Shown here: positions 61,982 to 64,000 of the stretch, piece after piece | How positions within the stretch are numbered: the stretch's first letter is position 1 | Layout: each line of letters starts with the position of its first letter | NCBI GenBank assembly: GCA_950097015.1 | Contig: CATNEN010000003.1 | Coordinates: 8,060,001 to 8,124,000, forward strand | From: Macrostomum hystrix | Taxonomy: Eukaryota > Animalia > Platyhelminthes | Length of the DNA stretch: 64,000 bases | Direction of reading: 5' to 3' | Made by a program: the position numbers and the translations under genes | The notes under the pieces: generated by a model | Databases searched by the model: none | Seen by the model: the letters and a program-made list of their open reading frames with translations, nothing else | Told to the model about the DNA's origin: nothing

Positions 61982-62730
61982 ATGTAACTAGTGGTTAAGC
62001 TCAAAAGTATCCTGCTGGCACTGTTGCTGGTGCATCGACCCTGCGATGCCAGCATAACTTTCGATGCTCAAGATGGATTCCTGTGCATCCGACCTGAGTT
62101 TGTTAGAAACCAATCTGCGACACCTCTCCGACACTGCTCCATGATGTGCTCCGAGATGGAAAGCTGCCAGGCCTTCACCATGGCTGACGGTCCGTGTCAG
62201 CTGTTCGTGTTCGACAAGTGCAGCAAGTCGGTGAGGGACTGCAGCTGCTCCAGGAGAGGCCAGCTGTTTGTGAAGCAGCAGCCGGGACTCGAGGCTGGCC
62301 AGCTGTGTCCGACTGGCTACGGAGACGACCTGTGCGGAGTGAAGTACAAGCTGTACTTCGGCATGGGAACCTGGTGGCCGAGCAGGCAGAAGTGCGAGTC
62401 GGAGAGCGGTCTGGTGATCATGGCCGATGTGATGGACACCACAGAGATGATTCGCGTGGACCAGATCTACTACAACAGGGCTGGAGGCAAAACCTTCTGG
62501 CTCGGAGGCTTCCAGCCAGCAGGTAGTCCGGAGCCAGCAGGTGGCTGGTACTGGGTCGGCTGCAACATCACCGTGGATGGGAGTTTGTGGGGCTACGGAG
62601 ATCCAGACAATCGCTACAACGCCGAAAACGTGATTGGTCGTTGGTTCAATCACGATAAGCTCTCAGACTTCGAGATTATTGGGATACTCCTGGCGCTGTT
62701 TTGTGCGAGTGCATCAGTCCTTTTAACTAA
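61982..62730 (+). pseudogene. PAN/apple-like + C-type lectin copy 4 (DPD motif), disabled
   Basis: The in-frame ATG (61982) is followed directly by TAA (61985). A 1-nt deletion at ~62669-62670 (GACTTCGA vs GACTTTCG in paralogues) shifts the frame; restoring it gives DFRDYWDTPGAVLCECISPFN* (stop 62728-62730). Confidence 0.78.
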
Positions 62731-64000
62731 AAAATTCCATCGGGAATAAATTTACTCCAAGTACTCTACAACTTGTACATATCTTTACTATTTATTACAT
62801 CAACGTCGACGTAAAAATTTTGTCTGCATACTAGTTATGCTTAAATATATTATTTGCTTTGTTTAGCAATTAATACTTAATATTATGATATCAGCTTTAT
62901 ACATATTGGCAGGACTTTTGTGACGCCTTTCGAAAGTGATAGTGTCAGCGATTCGATCAGATTTGTTGCCCTTAATTCTCCGAAATAAATTGAGGATATG
63001 TAGATCATTTACAGACTATGACCATAAAAATTTAAGCTGTAATTTTTGGGCAATCTAGGTATTATAATCCCAGCTAATTGTAGTGTATGGCTCATAAAAC
63101 GCTCTGCTGACAGAGGCACAAAATGGGGCGTTTCACAAGCACGAAATTTCACATCGTCGAACGAAACAATATTTCATAAAGCTCGAAATTTCATAACGAC
63201 CAATATTACTGCGGAGATAGGATACTTCACAACGTCTAACTCTGTTTGCACTATTGAGAAGGCGTTTGCTATGTCCCCAGCGTAATTTGACGATTTGAAG
63301 TCTCGATCCTATCTGTATAGTGTCAATGGCAAAATGGCAAACAGAAAATGCATTGTATGCAAATTAGTACGTGTACAAATGATGCCGGCAAATATATATC
63401 TATTTTTGCTAGTTTCATCATTTTATGTCTAATTAAACATTAAATTATAAAATAAAAAACAATTAAAAAGTATAATTTTTTAGCATTGAACTCGTTTTTC
63501 TCGTCTCGTCTCGTGTTTAAACAATTTCTCGTAGCGAACGTAAATAGGTAAGAACTGTTTTAAGTGGAGTCAGTACTAAGACGAGAATTCTTTTAAAAGG
63601 AATAAATCTATTTTGCTAGACAAATTATATTTGCTTGAGTAGCCACGATAAGTTTAGAAACCATTACACGCCAATATCGTGTCATTTTTTAGATGTTATT
63701 TTTTTGACCTATATGCGATAGTTCATTCGATCATGACAATAAGGAAAATTGTGCCAGTCTTACTAAAGAGGCCTAATTTATTTTATTTAAAAGCACGAAC
63801 CATTTTTGCGGTTGATTAAGTAGGCCTAAATATATTCAAAAGGTCTTGAGACCATAGACCAATTATTGTGCTACTTGAAGGCTTAAATAGCTTCAAAGCC
63901 ATTTAATTTGACTACTTACTAGGCCTACTTAGTCAAAGCAGGAAGTTGGCCTAAGTAGTTGTGTTCTTTTTATTGAATAAACATATTTTGTTCCTAATTA

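Noticed and set aside
53846-62653. Antisense and alternate-frame ORFs overlapping the lectin genes
   Set aside because: Shadow ORFs of GC-rich coding sequence, repeated only because the paralogue cores are identical.
53786-62730. Diversity-generating retroelement (variable C-terminal C-type lectin region)
   Set aside because: No reverse transcriptase, no template repeat, and the differences are not adenine-specific (they include indels and silent changes).

Overview
Eukaryotic (animal) genomic DNA, very rich in micro- and minisatellites, with short GT-AG introns. The style suggests an invertebrate, possibly a free-living flatworm such as Macrostomum; this is inference only. Most long ORFs in the supplied track are tandem-repeat artefacts. 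Manually reconstructed genes: (1) the 5' half of an SLC4A11/BOR1-type bicarbonate-transporter-family gene (minus strand, 9 exons, 5249->2762, continuing off the left edge); (2) a tentative low-complexity Ser-rich gene (minus, exons between ~30.7 and ~12.6 kb) whose introns are filled with satellites; (3) a complete 6-exon gene for a signal-peptide, Ig-like, probably GPI-anchored protein (minus, 50016->41754); (4) a small spliced gene for a secreted, highly cationic protein with 14 GKKAGKPA-type repeats (51689-52343); (5) four intronless PAN/apple-like + C-type lectin paralogues (53.8-62.7 kb), one a pseudogene. The lectins share an almost identical ~500-nt core, but their signal peptides and sugar-binding C-termini are strongly diverged and the copies are mosaics of each other. 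Mobile DNA includes two long-TIR DD34D mariner relics (one interrupted by a non-autonomous element with an 8-bp TSD), a tRNA-derived SINE family with about 7 copies, and a MITE-like inverted repeat. The best candidate for a novel system is the lectin cluster (conversion-homogenised scaffold with a diversifying binding pocket), next to a GPI-Ig gene and a secreted cationic repeat protein.
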